Source of the DNA: a virus
Lineage: Duplodnaviria; Caudoviricetes
Reading direction: 5' to 3' (one strand)
Virus record (IMG/VR): IMGVR_UViG_3300007363_000060
Coordinates: 1-33,903 of that record
Length of the DNA: 33,903 nt
Below, one piece after another: positions 16,985 through 25,629 of this stretch. Position numbers and translations under genes: made by a program. Below the pieces are notes generated by a model. It saw nothing but the letters and a program-made list of their open reading frames with translations, did no database searches and was not told where the DNA came from. Position 1 is the stretch's first letter. Every line of letters starts with the position of its first letter.

Positions 16985-18709
16985 CTACTGGTCCTCTCGG
17001 ATGTTAAGCGAACCGATGCAGGTCGCCGTCGCCGCCGTCGAGCGCACGACAACCGAGATGGATTCACCCGGCTGGAGCGTGATTTCCCGGTCGGAAAAAG
17101 CCGCCCGGACGCTGTCGGCCTGCGCCAGCGAGCCCGACCAGATCACATCTTTTGCCTCGAAAGTGCAGGCGGTTGCCGTCGTGTCCCAATAGGTCGAGCT
17201 GTAGGATGAGAACTGCGTGAAGTTGGTCGGCCCCGTCAGGACTGCGTTTCTCACCACGAACAGGATCGTCTGCGAGTTCGTGTTGCCGTTCACTGAAGCA
17301 TTTACGTCGATCAGGTGCCCGACCGTCTGGTTTGCGCGGCCGGCAAAGACGTTGCTGTTCTTTACAGTGAACAGCGGCTTGAAGGCAGAAATGGAACTCG
17401 TTACCGCGCTCGTGATGTAATACGACGAGCGCGGGCCGATGTTGTTGATATCGCCCTCGATGAAGCCCGCATAGCTACCAACGGACACGCTGACATTTGT
17501 AGTCGAGCCAGCCGAATATGCAGCAGCCGTAAAAGGAAACGCCGGCTGCGTCAGGCTGACAGCGGTTTGCGTGTTCGGTATCTTCAGCGTGTGGACGCGC
17601 GCCCATTCCGGGTTGTTGCCATCAGCGTATGTCACCTCGACATCGAAGGTGATTGTCCCGGACCCGAGATACTGGACGCCAACCTGATAGACGTTGCCCT
17701 TGGAGGGGGCGAGCGTGAAGCCGGACGGCCCGGACCCATCCAGCGGATCACCATTCCAACTCGCCTGCGGTATCCATGTATCGGTTGCCGCGACGCCTGC
17801 CAGGGTCGTGGCATCCGTCCCTGCGGCCGGCGTTCCGGCGCCCGTCTGGGCCAACGAAAAAGACCCGCCCGTGGGACCGGCCGATGCGCGAAGGAATACG
17901 ACCGTCGCGCCTTGCGCCGCCGCCGTCCAGCCGGGGAACGTGCCTTGGGCGATCTCGTAGGCCGTCCTGGTCGTGCTGGCATTGTTCGTGGCCGACACGG
18001 TTACGGTCGCAGTGTTCGGCAGCGTCACCACGTAGTCGTTTGTGGCGGTGCTGGCCGTCGTAATCGTGAGCGTATGGATTTCGCGGACGCCACCCGTGCT
18101 GTACAGGATGCCGAAGCTGGTTCCGTTGTAGCCAAAGAATATCCCCGACTCGCTCGTGCCGAAGCCGGAAACGACGATGGAATTGGCGGCGGGCGTGGAG
18201 AAGAAGCAGGCGAACCGCCCGATGACGCCCTGGCCGGGGCGATAGCGCAGCCGGCGGCGACTCTGGAGCGTGGCAAACGAATACTGCGTCGTCCCGGTGG
18301 CGATCACAAGGCGATTGCCTGCGCCCGTCACGGAGCCACTGTTCGAACCCGTCCCCACTGCCAGGCCGTTGGTGGTCGCCATCATAAATGTATTCACGCC
18401 GTAAATGCCATCGGACTGGAACACAGGCGTCAGGCTCTCGGTGTGGATCGACCCAAAGGGCAGGCGCGGGCTGTGCAGGGCCACTTCCAGATGCCCCTCT
18501 GGCGTGGCGTTAAGAGATGTCGTGTCTCCCGCATCGTTGAGACCATAAAGAATAGTCGGCAGCGGATTGCCGCTGGCGACATCGCCATCGTTCACGCCGT
18601 CCGCGCCATGCACCAACTTCACGCGCTGGTACTTCACCCCGGCAATATCGTCTGTGGCGATGACATCGCCAGATGATGTCGATTTATTCAGAGTTGTGTT
18701 GTCGGTCAT
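16985..18709 (-). CDS. Putative virion structural protein with lectin-like (ConA) beta-sandwich core
   Basis: 574 aa; N-terminal DVIATDDIAGVKYQRVKL..GADG...NPLP motif; core LRYRPGQG...GIFFG...PQASWNGDPLDGSGPSG...QYLGSG; Thr-rich. Confidence 0.55.
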   Translation of the reverse strand: MTDNTTLNKSTSSGDVIATDDIAGVKYQRVKLVHGADGVNDGDVASGNPLPTILYGLNDAGDTTSLNATPEGHLEVALHSPRLPFGSIHTESLTPVFQSDGIYGVNTFMMATTNGLAVGTGSNSGSVTGAGNRLVIATGTTQYSFATLQSRRRLRYRPGQGVIGRFACFFSTPAANSIVVSGFGTSESGIFFGYNGTSFGILYSTGGVREIHTLTITTASTATNDYVVTLPNTATVTVSATNNASTTRTAYEIAQGTFPGWTAAAQGATVVFLRASAGPTGGSFSLAQTGAGTPAAGTDATTLAGVAATDTWIPQASWNGDPLDGSGPSGFTLAPSKGNVYQVGVQYLGSGTITFDVEVTYADGNNPEWARVHTLKIPNTQTAVSLTQPAFPFTAAAYSAGSTTNVSVSVGSYAGFIEGDINNIGPRSSYYITSAVTSSISAFKPLFTVKNSNVFAGRANQTVGHLIDVNASVNGNTNSQTILFVVRNAVLTGPTNFTQFSSYSSTYWDTTATACTFEAKDVIWSGSLAQADSVRAAFSDREITLQPGESISVVVRSTAATATCIGSLNIREDQ

Positions 18710-18710
18710 G

Positions 18711-19205
18711 TCATCCCTTTGTGACGCGACGCGCGCTATGCAGTTTGCCGTCGCCGCTCCGCTTCAATTCAACCGGCGCCCTCAACAGGTCCGCGACATC
18801 TTCCAATGCCTGCTCGTTGCGTGCGCCCGCGGCTTTCACTTCCTCGCACAGGCTGCGGACCTCCAGATAGATCATCTTCAACTGCGCATCTTGCTGCTGC
18901 TCGCGCAACTTGATGGCTTCGCCCATCGCCTGGACTATCGCAGGGACGATCTGCCCAAGATGGTCCGCGACCCGCCGCAGAACGCTGGCCGTCGCCTCGC
19001 CTTCTGCTTTCTCCTCTTCCTCTTCCTTGGCCTTCTCTTCCTTGTCGGCCTTCAGGATCTCGCCCACCCGATCAATCGCCTCAATGACGCTGTCGAGACC
19101 TTTGATTTCCGTATCCTCCTCGTCGTCATTTTCCGGCGTCGGCGCTTGTATTCCGCGCGCTGCCATCGGCAGGGCCCGCTCGCGGATGAAATCCTCAATC
19201 GCCAT
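18711..19205 (-). CDS. Hypothetical coiled-coil protein (164 aa; start refined to ATG 19205)
   Basis: TGATG overlap with the upstream stop; MAIEDFIRERALP...; acidic coiled coil; ends LLRAPVELKRSGDGKLHSARRV. Confidence 0.6.
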   Translation of the reverse strand: MAIEDFIRERALPMAARGIQAPTPENDDEEDTEIKGLDSVIEAIDRVGEILKADKEEKAKEEEEEKAEGEATASVLRRVADHLGQIVPAIVQAMGEAIKLREQQQDAQLKMIYLEVRSLCEEVKAAGARNEQALEDVADLLRAPVELKRSGDGKLHSARRVTKG

Positions 19206-19960
19206 CAGTAGATCCCCATGTAGCCGCCGGGCAGGGACGAGAAGCGCGGATCGTTTTCCGTGTAGGTATCGGCCGATACCGCCTTGACGTCGGTATTGCC
19301 CCAGTCGCCGCCATACTTGTCGGCAATTCCGATGCCCGCCTTGGCGAGACTCCCCGCAAGCACGCCATAGGAGGACGAGCGGGTATTCCCGGCCGCGAAG
19401 TCGTAGGCCTGCTTCGTCTGATTGGCCTGCCACACGGCCCCGGCTCCGGTATAACGGGAGCCCGCCGCCTGATAGTCGTTCACGTTGGCGGCGTTCTTGA
19501 ACGAGCGGGCGCGCTGATCGCCCTCGAACAGCGCCACGTCGCCGGCATAGTCGCCTTCAGCCAGAAGGCCCGCCGTCATGCTGTCGTCTACTCCGGCGCC
19601 CGATGCCGCCATCACAGCCTGTGCACGGCCCGCCAGAAGGCGACCCTTGCGCTTGGCCTCGATCATGGCGCGCTGGCCCTTGGCTGCCTCGTCGTTGGCC
19701 GCCGCGCGGTTCTGCAGGGCTTCCGATTCCTGCTGCTTGGCCTGCGCCTCGCGCTGCTGCTGCACAACCTGCGCGTTCTGGACGGCCACGCGGCCCGCCT
19801 GCTCCTGCGCCGACGCCTGCTGCTGCATGCCCGCGAACTGCATGACGCCGCCCAGCACGGTCATACCCATGCTGATCATGGGAAGTGCCGCAGCCAGGGG
19901 GCCGAACCTGGCCCGGTCGTAGGCCGTCTGAGGCTGCCACGGATGGCGGTTAGTCGACAT
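19205..19960 (-). CDS. Internal virion protein (T7 gp14-like position)
   Basis: Hydrophobic N-terminal segment, Ala/Gln-rich coiled coil, RAQAVMAASGAGVD motif; SD GGAGG; follows the GNAT-like gene. Confidence 0.7.
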   Translation of the reverse strand: MSTNRHPWQPQTAYDRARFGPLAAALPMISMGMTVLGGVMQFAGMQQQASAQEQAGRVAVQNAQVVQQQREAQAKQQESEALQNRAAANDEAAKGQRAMIEAKRKGRLLAGRAQAVMAASGAGVDDSMTAGLLAEGDYAGDVALFEGDQRARSFKNAANVNDYQAAGSRYTGAGAVWQANQTKQAYDFAAGNTRSSSYGVLAGSLAKAGIGIADKYGGDWGNTDVKAVSADTYTENDPRFSSLPGGYMGIY

Positions 19961-20327
19961 CTGGGTCCCTCCGCATGATCGGCCCGTTGTCCGTGACCTG
20001 CCCCGTCAGATGGAAGCCGAACTTGGTCAGGAGCGGGACGGACGTCGGCTCGGTCGCGATAGCGTAGACCGGCACCCGGAAGGTCTTGATGAAGCCCTCC
20101 AGCTTGCGGGCCGCGCGGGCCTTGTCCTTGGTCCGGGGGCGCATCTCGTCCTTCATCTCGGAGAAGGCAACCGGCGTATGGCCTTGGTAGAACACGCCGC
20201 CCACGCCAATGGCCTTGCCTTCCATCAAGGCGACGTAGCCCCGGAACGTGAAGGGTGGCTTCCCGCCATAGTAGGCATCGGCGGTCTCAGCCGTGGCCTC
20301 ATGGAACGTGACCTCAACCCTTGTCAT
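19950..20327 (-). CDS. GNAT-fold protein at the T7 gp13-like position
   Basis: 125 aa directly after tail tubular B; GKAIGVGGV strand and SVPLLTKFGF motif typical of a GNAT C-terminus. Confidence 0.55.
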   Translation of the reverse strand: MTRVEVTFHEATAETADAYYGGKPPFTFRGYVALMEGKAIGVGGVFYQGHTPVAFSEMKDEMRPRTKDKARAARKLEGFIKTFRVPVYAIATEPTSVPLLTKFGFHLTGQVTDNGPIMRRDPDVD

Positions 20328-23091
20328 GACCCTCTATCCCCATGACGAGGCCCAGCACCGTGCAAGGACGCGGCGCCGAGGCGCGGAGGCAGATGCGGGC
20401 GTCGCTGTCCCATGTCCCGTCAATCGGGAAGGACGGCTTGTCGTAGGACCGCCAGATGTAATCCGGGTCGACGACCTTCTCGCCTTCTACCCGGGGAAGC
20501 CCGCTCAGATGGTCGAAGTCCTGCCCGTACTTGAGACCCCGGGCATGGGTATCGGCCAGCACGACGGCGAGGCTCTTGGCAATCTTGCGCTGCGTGAGCG
20601 GAGCGCCCGCCTGCGAGGCAACGGCCAGCTTGGCTGTCATCCAGTCGGCATCGTAGGGAAGGCCCGCGTAGACCGCCGTGGCCGCGGTATCGAGGGTGAT
20701 GGAGCCTCCCGAGACGGTGTAGGTCTTGGGCGTGTCGTCGGTCGCGCTCACAGTCGGGCAAACGCCATCCTGCCAGACCACGACGGCCTTGCCCTCGAGG
20801 TGGTCGAGGCCGGTAATGGTCGTCGTGCTCGAGCCCGTCCAGCGCACGCCGCTGTCACCGATGCGGTTGTCCGCGTAGCCCTGCGCCTGGCTCTCCAACG
20901 CCCAGCGCTCGAGATACCGCTTGGTCGCGCCGTTGATGGTCCGCTTCACGAGATAATAGACGCGGTCCTCTTCCGGGGTGTCGTCGCCCGGCAGGACCAC
21001 GACGTCCTCGATCAGCCCGTCCGTGGAAGCCGTCACCCAGCAGGTCACACTCTCGATCTTGTCAAACAGTAAAATGCAGGCAGTGCCGTCCGCCCGCACA
21101 AAATGTACCCGAGTATCAGGGTGGCGTTGCACGGCTACGCGGATAAACCCGCCCGGCAAGCCGATCTCCGGGATGACCGCCGTCAGGTCGTTGGGCACGT
21201 AGGTATAGCTGCCGCCGTCGTAGGAAAGCTCGGTCACGCGGCTGGTGCTGCGGGAGACGCAGATGCCCGAACTGTCGATGCGCACGGCCGGGAGCATGGC
21301 TGTTCCCGAGTTGGACACGGGCTTCAGGCCGAACTTGGTCTGCGTCAGCGGCTCGTCAAAGCTGGACGCCTTCGCCACAATGGCCGCGCCCGGCGCCCCG
21401 ATGATCAGGTGCAGGAGCGGCATCAGCCAGTTGATGCTGTCGACCGGGCCGGACCCCAGGCTTTTCTTGATGGTCCGCTGGTCGCCCTCGTCAAGATCGT
21501 TGAAGTCATCAAACAGGTCAGACGCGCTGCCCCAGATCGAATCCTTGCCCGCCCAAAAAAGCCGCCCGTCAAACAGGCAGACCGCGCTCGGATAGCCCCG
21601 GCGAGGCGACCATGCACCCTCGTACCAGTCGCTGGTGTATTCATCCGCCTTGCCGAGATCGGTCAGAACGGACGCACTCATCTCGGTCGAACTGACATAC
21701 TCGTTGGCCCGCACGACACCCGTGATCGAGCCCGCCGAGAAGGTGAGCGTCGCCGTCAGGTCATCCGCCGCCGTGTAGTCGCCGGTCTTCACGCCGATCC
21801 GGTAGTAGATGATCTGGTTGTCGAGCGTGTCGCTGTAGTTGACCGTCTGGACGGCGGTGTAGGAGGTAACGTCCGTCCAGTCGCCGGGCGTGCCGACCGA
21901 TCGCTGCAGAGTGACGACAGTGGTCCCGGTGAAGGTTGGCCCCTCAAGCTCGATGCTGAACACGCGGCCCGTGCCGATGCCGGTCACGCGGATCGAGTCG
22001 GAGAAGGTGTTCTGCGCCTGAATGCGCTTCGTCACCTGCTGCCCGGCCGATGTGAGGCGGAACAGCGACCCGGCGTTGGTCGACTTGAAGAACGGCTTTT
22101 CCGCCGTGAGGGTCACGTCGCCTGTCAGCGCCGATACCTTCAGGCGCACGGGGCCGGTGTTCAGCGAGAGGAATGGACCGTCGTCGGGAGCGTAGTCGAC
22201 GACCGACCATGACCGGGGCGAACTGGCGCCCTGCCGCTCGATGCGCTTGGGCGCGATGCCGTCGCACGCCACGAAGATCACGTCGCCCGACTGCTCGCCC
22301 CGGACGTACTGCAGGTTCGCCGCAGCCCACGGCGTCGGGATCTCCATGTCGCCTGCCGCCTGCTGCAGCGTCACGCTGTCCACAAGGGCGGTGATGTCTT
22401 CGGCGTGAGACAGGCGGATGAAGAAATCCGCCTGTGGCGTCAGGGCGATGGAATGCTGGCCCTTCCGGAGCGTGCGGTCCGTCAGGTACTCGTCGCCGCC
22501 TTCGGTGCTGCCCAGCCGCAGGGTGACGGAGCCACGGGCGATCACGATGTTCAGGGCATGCTCGACGCCGATGTTGGCGCCCGATACCGCGACCTTGCGG
22601 TCCCGGATGGCCGCCTCCGTGCCGTTGCCCAGCATGGAGAGATAGCCGCCGGACGTATAGGCAGACGTGCCGCCGCTTTCGTCGTTGTCCTTCCAGTAGC
22701 CGACCTCGGTCGCATCCGGGAACGTGCTGCTGGTGTCCGTGCTGGTGTCCCAGGTGGAGCCGCCGGAGTTCCAGCGGTAGAGCGTGCTCGTCACCGCCGG
22801 GCGGGTGATGATCGTGTCGTCGATCCGGACGCGCATGTAGCCGTCCGTCAATTCCACCAGCGCCGTATCGTCCGGGTTGAAGATGAACGGCAGGTGCGCG
22901 GCTTGGCCGTTGCCCTTGGTCGAGCCGACATACTGCAGGCCCGGCCGCAGCATCATCGATCCCATGACGCGGGGCATCCAATTGTCGTAGGTCTCGGCTG
23001 ACAAGGCCATGCGCTTGATGTCTACGCGAGCAAGCGCCAGAGGCGATACGAGCCCCCGGTTCATTGCCAGATACTGGTGGAGAACCTTCAC
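20314..23091 (-). CDS. Tail tubular protein B (nozzle)
   Basis: 925 aa; N-terminal NRGLVSPLALARVD...NW.P...G....RPG; QSGDVIFVA; GYPSAVCLFDGRLFWAG; GLPY near the C-terminus. Confidence 0.85.
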   Translation of the reverse strand: MKVLHQYLAMNRGLVSPLALARVDIKRMALSAETYDNWMPRVMGSMMLRPGLQYVGSTKGNGQAAHLPFIFNPDDTALVELTDGYMRVRIDDTIITRPAVTSTLYRWNSGGSTWDTSTDTSSTFPDATEVGYWKDNDESGGTSAYTSGGYLSMLGNGTEAAIRDRKVAVSGANIGVEHALNIVIARGSVTLRLGSTEGGDEYLTDRTLRKGQHSIALTPQADFFIRLSHAEDITALVDSVTLQQAAGDMEIPTPWAAANLQYVRGEQSGDVIFVACDGIAPKRIERQGASSPRSWSVVDYAPDDGPFLSLNTGPVRLKVSALTGDVTLTAEKPFFKSTNAGSLFRLTSAGQQVTKRIQAQNTFSDSIRVTGIGTGRVFSIELEGPTFTGTTVVTLQRSVGTPGDWTDVTSYTAVQTVNYSDTLDNQIIYYRIGVKTGDYTAADDLTATLTFSAGSITGVVRANEYVSSTEMSASVLTDLGKADEYTSDWYEGAWSPRRGYPSAVCLFDGRLFWAGKDSIWGSASDLFDDFNDLDEGDQRTIKKSLGSGPVDSINWLMPLLHLIIGAPGAAIVAKASSFDEPLTQTKFGLKPVSNSGTAMLPAVRIDSSGICVSRSTSRVTELSYDGGSYTYVPNDLTAVIPEIGLPGGFIRVAVQRHPDTRVHFVRADGTACILLFDKIESVTCWVTASTDGLIEDVVVLPGDDTPEEDRVYYLVKRTINGATKRYLERWALESQAQGYADNRIGDSGVRWTGSSTTTITGLDHLEGKAVVVWQDGVCPTVSATDDTPKTYTVSGGSITLDTAATAVYAGLPYDADWMTAKLAVASQAGAPLTQRKIAKSLAVVLADTHARGLKYGQDFDHLSGLPRVEGEKVVDPDYIWRSYDKPSFPIDGTWDSDARICLRASAPRPCTVLGLVMGIEGHDKG

Positions 23092-23092
23092 C

Positions 23093-23743
23093 CTAGCCGA
23101 TCAGCCGGGTACGGCTGCCTCGGTCGCGCAAGCCCCCGCCCCGGCGGCCAGCGCGCGACAGGACCCACGAGCCGCGCGGCGGGAACGCTACGGGCTTCTC
23201 CATGGCGTCCGTCGACTTGGCGTCCAGAAGGGCCTTCTTCATGTCCTTCGCCATCTGCACCCGGTCGGTTTTGGAACCCGTCAGGCGGGGCTGGATGCGC
23301 CACGCAAGGCGAAGCTCGGCAAAGCGGGTGAAGTCATCGGGCCAGCGGGACAGGTCTCCGCCATAGTCCGCGTCGTCGGAGATGTAGCGGACGAACAGCG
23401 GGTCGATGTCCGCATACCAATAGCCGGCCTCAACCTGATAGGCGGTGACCGGCGTTTCATAGCGCTCGTCAACACAGAGGCCGATGGTGCGGACCAGATC
23501 GTCGGGCTGGACGAAGGCGTAGCTGTAGCCGAACTGGGTTTCAGTATCAGCGTCGGATGCTAGTTCGATGGAGCGGGTGCCATGCACCCACTGCCCCTGC
23601 CCCAGCACGTCACGGACAAACCCGTCCGCCCATACGTCGTCCAGCATGTAGCGGTGGTCGACGTCATCCGTCAGGCTGGCAAGCTTGCGCTCCCCGCACT
23701 CTCGCAGGGCCGCGTTGTAGAGTGCGAGGCGCGTGGTAGCCAC
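23093..23743 (-). CDS. Tail tubular protein A (adaptor)
   Basis: 216 aa; YNAALRECGE...W.HGTR...FGYSYAFVQPDD.VR...F......LAWRI pattern; directly precedes tubular B. Confidence 0.8.
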   Translation of the reverse strand: MATTRLALYNAALRECGERKLASLTDDVDHRYMLDDVWADGFVRDVLGQGQWVHGTRSIELASDADTETQFGYSYAFVQPDDLVRTIGLCVDERYETPVTAYQVEAGYWYADIDPLFVRYISDDADYGGDLSRWPDDFTRFAELRLAWRIQPRLTGSKTDRVQMAKDMKKALLDAKSTDAMEKPVAFPPRGSWVLSRAGRRGGGLRDRGSRTRLIG

Positions 23744-23746
23744 GGA

Positions 23747-24211
23747 TCAGGCCGCGGCGCGTTCGGAGATGGGGAGCGCAAGCCACGCCTTGGCCGCGCC
23801 TTCGCTGGCAAAGCCCTCCTTGATGGTGGCCTTGTCGGCAACGCGGGTGATCCGCCACTTCGCGGACGGACCCTTCCACGCGATTTGATACTCGTCCTCG
23901 GACGGAGTCGCGATGGCGTCGAACTCGGTGAAAGCCAACAAGCCGACCGCGACCTCCAGCGGCGCCACGGCGCGCACGATCAGTTCGGCGTACCAGCTTG
24001 CATCCTGTGCCAGGACCTCGATGCGGTCGTTGACGCGCATCTGGCGCGCGACATGCGTCCAGAATGCCGGACGAAGCATGTCCTCCTTCTCGATGGGCTC
24101 GCCCGGACGGAAGATCCAGACGTTGCGGGCCGCCTCCTGAAGGGCGATCTGTCCCGGTGTGGCCTTGCCCTTGATCTTGTGGAGAGGGGTGACTTCGTTC
24201 TCGTTGCTCAC
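23747..24211 (-). CDS. Hypothetical phage protein
   Basis: 154 aa, GTG start with SD AGGAG; fills the space between the head and tail genes. Confidence 0.65.
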   Translation of the reverse strand: MSNENEVTPLHKIKGKATPGQIALQEAARNVWIFRPGEPIEKEDMLRPAFWTHVARQMRVNDRIEVLAQDASWYAELIVRAVAPLEVAVGLLAFTEFDAIATPSEDEYQIAWKGPSAKWRITRVADKATIKEGFASEGAAKAWLALPISERAAA

Positions 24212-24235
24212 TGGGAAGCGTGCTCCTGATGTGAG

Positions 24236-24320
24236 AATGCCGCCGCGATACGCTACGCGGCGGCGGCATCCCAGTTACCCGCCAGCGGATGCCGGCGGGG
24301 CCTAACCGTCCGTCGACGGC
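24236..24320 (-). other. Cluster of three GC-rich hairpins after the capsid/decoration genes
   Basis: Minus strand: CCGTC-gacg-GACGG; CCCGCCGGC-atcc-GCTGGCGGG; GGGATGCCGC...GCGGCATTCT. No U-tract. Confidence 0.5.
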
Positions 24321-24321
24321 A

Positions 24322-24609
24322 TTAGTCGGTGTTCGTCGCGCTGCCGACCACGACGCCATCGCTGAGATCGACGGCCCCGGGGTAGGTCGAACTGACCGAG
24401 ACGACCTTGTGCATGGTCAGTGCGGTCGCCGTGGTGGTGCTGTCCTTGTGGTAAACGATGTCGTTCACCTTCATGCCGCGCGAGCCGCCATCGGTGATGA
24501 AACCGGACGTATCGACGGCTGCAGTCGCATCGGCCGACGTGTGGTGCCAGATGCGCGGCCCGGCGATGGACTGGAGGATGCAGCTCAGGTTTGCGGGCGT
24601 GTACGCCAT
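24322..24609 (-). CDS. Putative capsid decoration/cement protein (95 aa; start refined to ATG 24609)
   Basis: SD AGGAGA right after the capsid stop; MAYTPANL...W...SAD..AAVDTSGFITDG...MKVNDIV; small beta-rich protein. Confidence 0.65.
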   Translation of the reverse strand: MAYTPANLSCILQSIAGPRIWHHTSADATAAVDTSGFITDGGSRGMKVNDIVYHKDSTTTATALTMHKVVSVSSTYPGAVDLSDGVVVGSATNTD

Positions 24610-24620
24610 GATCGTTCTCC

Positions 24621-25451
24621 TTAGAGGGCCGCGAACGCCGAACCGTCGTGAGTCACGACGACGACGCCGGAGTTCTGGAGGAGCTTCGCGCCCATGAACG
24701 CGCTGGCGCGTGCCCACGAGTAGGAATGCTCCGAATTGTAGTCCGCGGCGGTGTCGATCGAGTCCATGTCGATCGCGCTGCCGATGGCGCTCTTGTGGTA
24801 GAACAGGCACTTCTCCGCCGACGTACCCTTGCCCGTGAGGTTCGGGTGGACGATGAAGTTGATGCCGCTCCAGCGGAACATGGTCAGGTTGTTCTCGAAC
24901 GGCTTGTTGTTCACGTAGTCGGCCGACGCGAACTCCTTGACCTGCATCAGGTAGGCCTCGAAGGCCGGGGTGATGAGGCCGAAGACGTTGCCGTCCATCG
25001 GGACCGCGTTGTTGCCGAGGATCGCCTTGACGTGCATGACGGTCGTCAGCGAGGCGGTCTGGGCAGCGCCCAGGTCCTGCGTGCCGGTCTCCAGTTCCGC
25101 GATGATGTCGGCGTCACGCTTGCGGTTCAGCACCGCCATCGTGGTCTCCTGCATGATGCGGAGGCCGTCGCCCTGCGAAGCGTACAGGTTGAACTTGGTA
25201 CGACGGACACCGTCATGCCATTCCTGCAGCGTCGCGGTGAGCTGGGTGAGGTTGTCGGCGCGGTACGGGATCAGGCCGTTGACGCCACGGGTGACGGCAG
25301 ACGCCGAGCCGGAGTCGGCCACGAGGAACACCGCCGAATTGCCGTTGACGTCGGCCTCGGTGGTGACGGTCTTCGTGACAAGGCTTTCGCGCTGCTCGAA
25401 GCCAGCAATGAACTGCTGTCGGTAGGTTGTTTGAAAGGCCGTGTCGGCCAT
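24621..25451 (-). CDS. Major capsid protein (276 aa; start refined to ATG 25451)
   Basis: MADTAFQTTYRQQFIAGFEQRES...AVLNRKRDADII...VKEFASADYV...FRWSGINFIVH...FYHKSAIG; strongly biased codons; follows the scaffold; SD GGAG. Confidence 0.85.
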   Translation of the reverse strand: MADTAFQTTYRQQFIAGFEQRESLVTKTVTTEADVNGNSAVFLVADSGSASAVTRGVNGLIPYRADNLTQLTATLQEWHDGVRRTKFNLYASQGDGLRIMQETTMAVLNRKRDADIIAELETGTQDLGAAQTASLTTVMHVKAILGNNAVPMDGNVFGLITPAFEAYLMQVKEFASADYVNNKPFENNLTMFRWSGINFIVHPNLTGKGTSAEKCLFYHKSAIGSAIDMDSIDTAADYNSEHSYSWARASAFMGAKLLQNSGVVVVTHDGSAFAAL

Positions 25452-25577
25452 GGGAAGCACTCCGATGAAAAGGTGGGGACCTCTCCTGTCGGGGTAGCCA
25501 TCCTCACTTCGCCGGGGTGGCCCTGAATGTCAGGGCGCCGGCTGCGCGCATCCGGGGCCGCAGCAAGATAACAACTG

Positions 25578-25618
25578 AGTGTATTAACGAGGTTGCAACC
25601 TGCAAAGCTGCAACCTCG
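25578..25618 (-). promoter_or_regulatory. Putative capsid promoter with overlapping operator-like inverted repeat
   Basis: Minus strand TTGCAG-N16-TACACT (-10 at 25578-25583); inverted repeat CGAGGTTGCA(25588-25597)/TGCAACCTCG(25609-25618); shares ACCTCGTTAATA with the promoter at 3598. Confidence 0.55.
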
Positions 25619-25629
25619 CTCCATCGCGT

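Noticed and set aside
18711-19433. ORF-track start positions for several genes (19433, 24810, 25460, 27038, 30032, 33410, 33601, 33834, 5123)
   Set aside because: These extensions overlap upstream genes or lack an RBS; downstream starts with SD sequences or stop-start overlaps were used instead.
23088-23303. 71-aa minus-strand ORF whose TGA overlaps the tubular B start
   Set aside because: Out-of-frame overlap inside tubular A, low-complexity translation, no RBS.
24235-24300. Intergenic stems as a tRNA or a Rho-independent terminator
   Set aside because: No cloverleaf, T-loop or CCA, and no U-tract on either strand; kept only as an unclassified structure.
24610-24660. T7 10A/10B-type frameshift or read-through joining capsid and the next ORF
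   Set aside because: No slippery heptamer near the capsid end; the next gene has its own AGGAGA SD and ATG.
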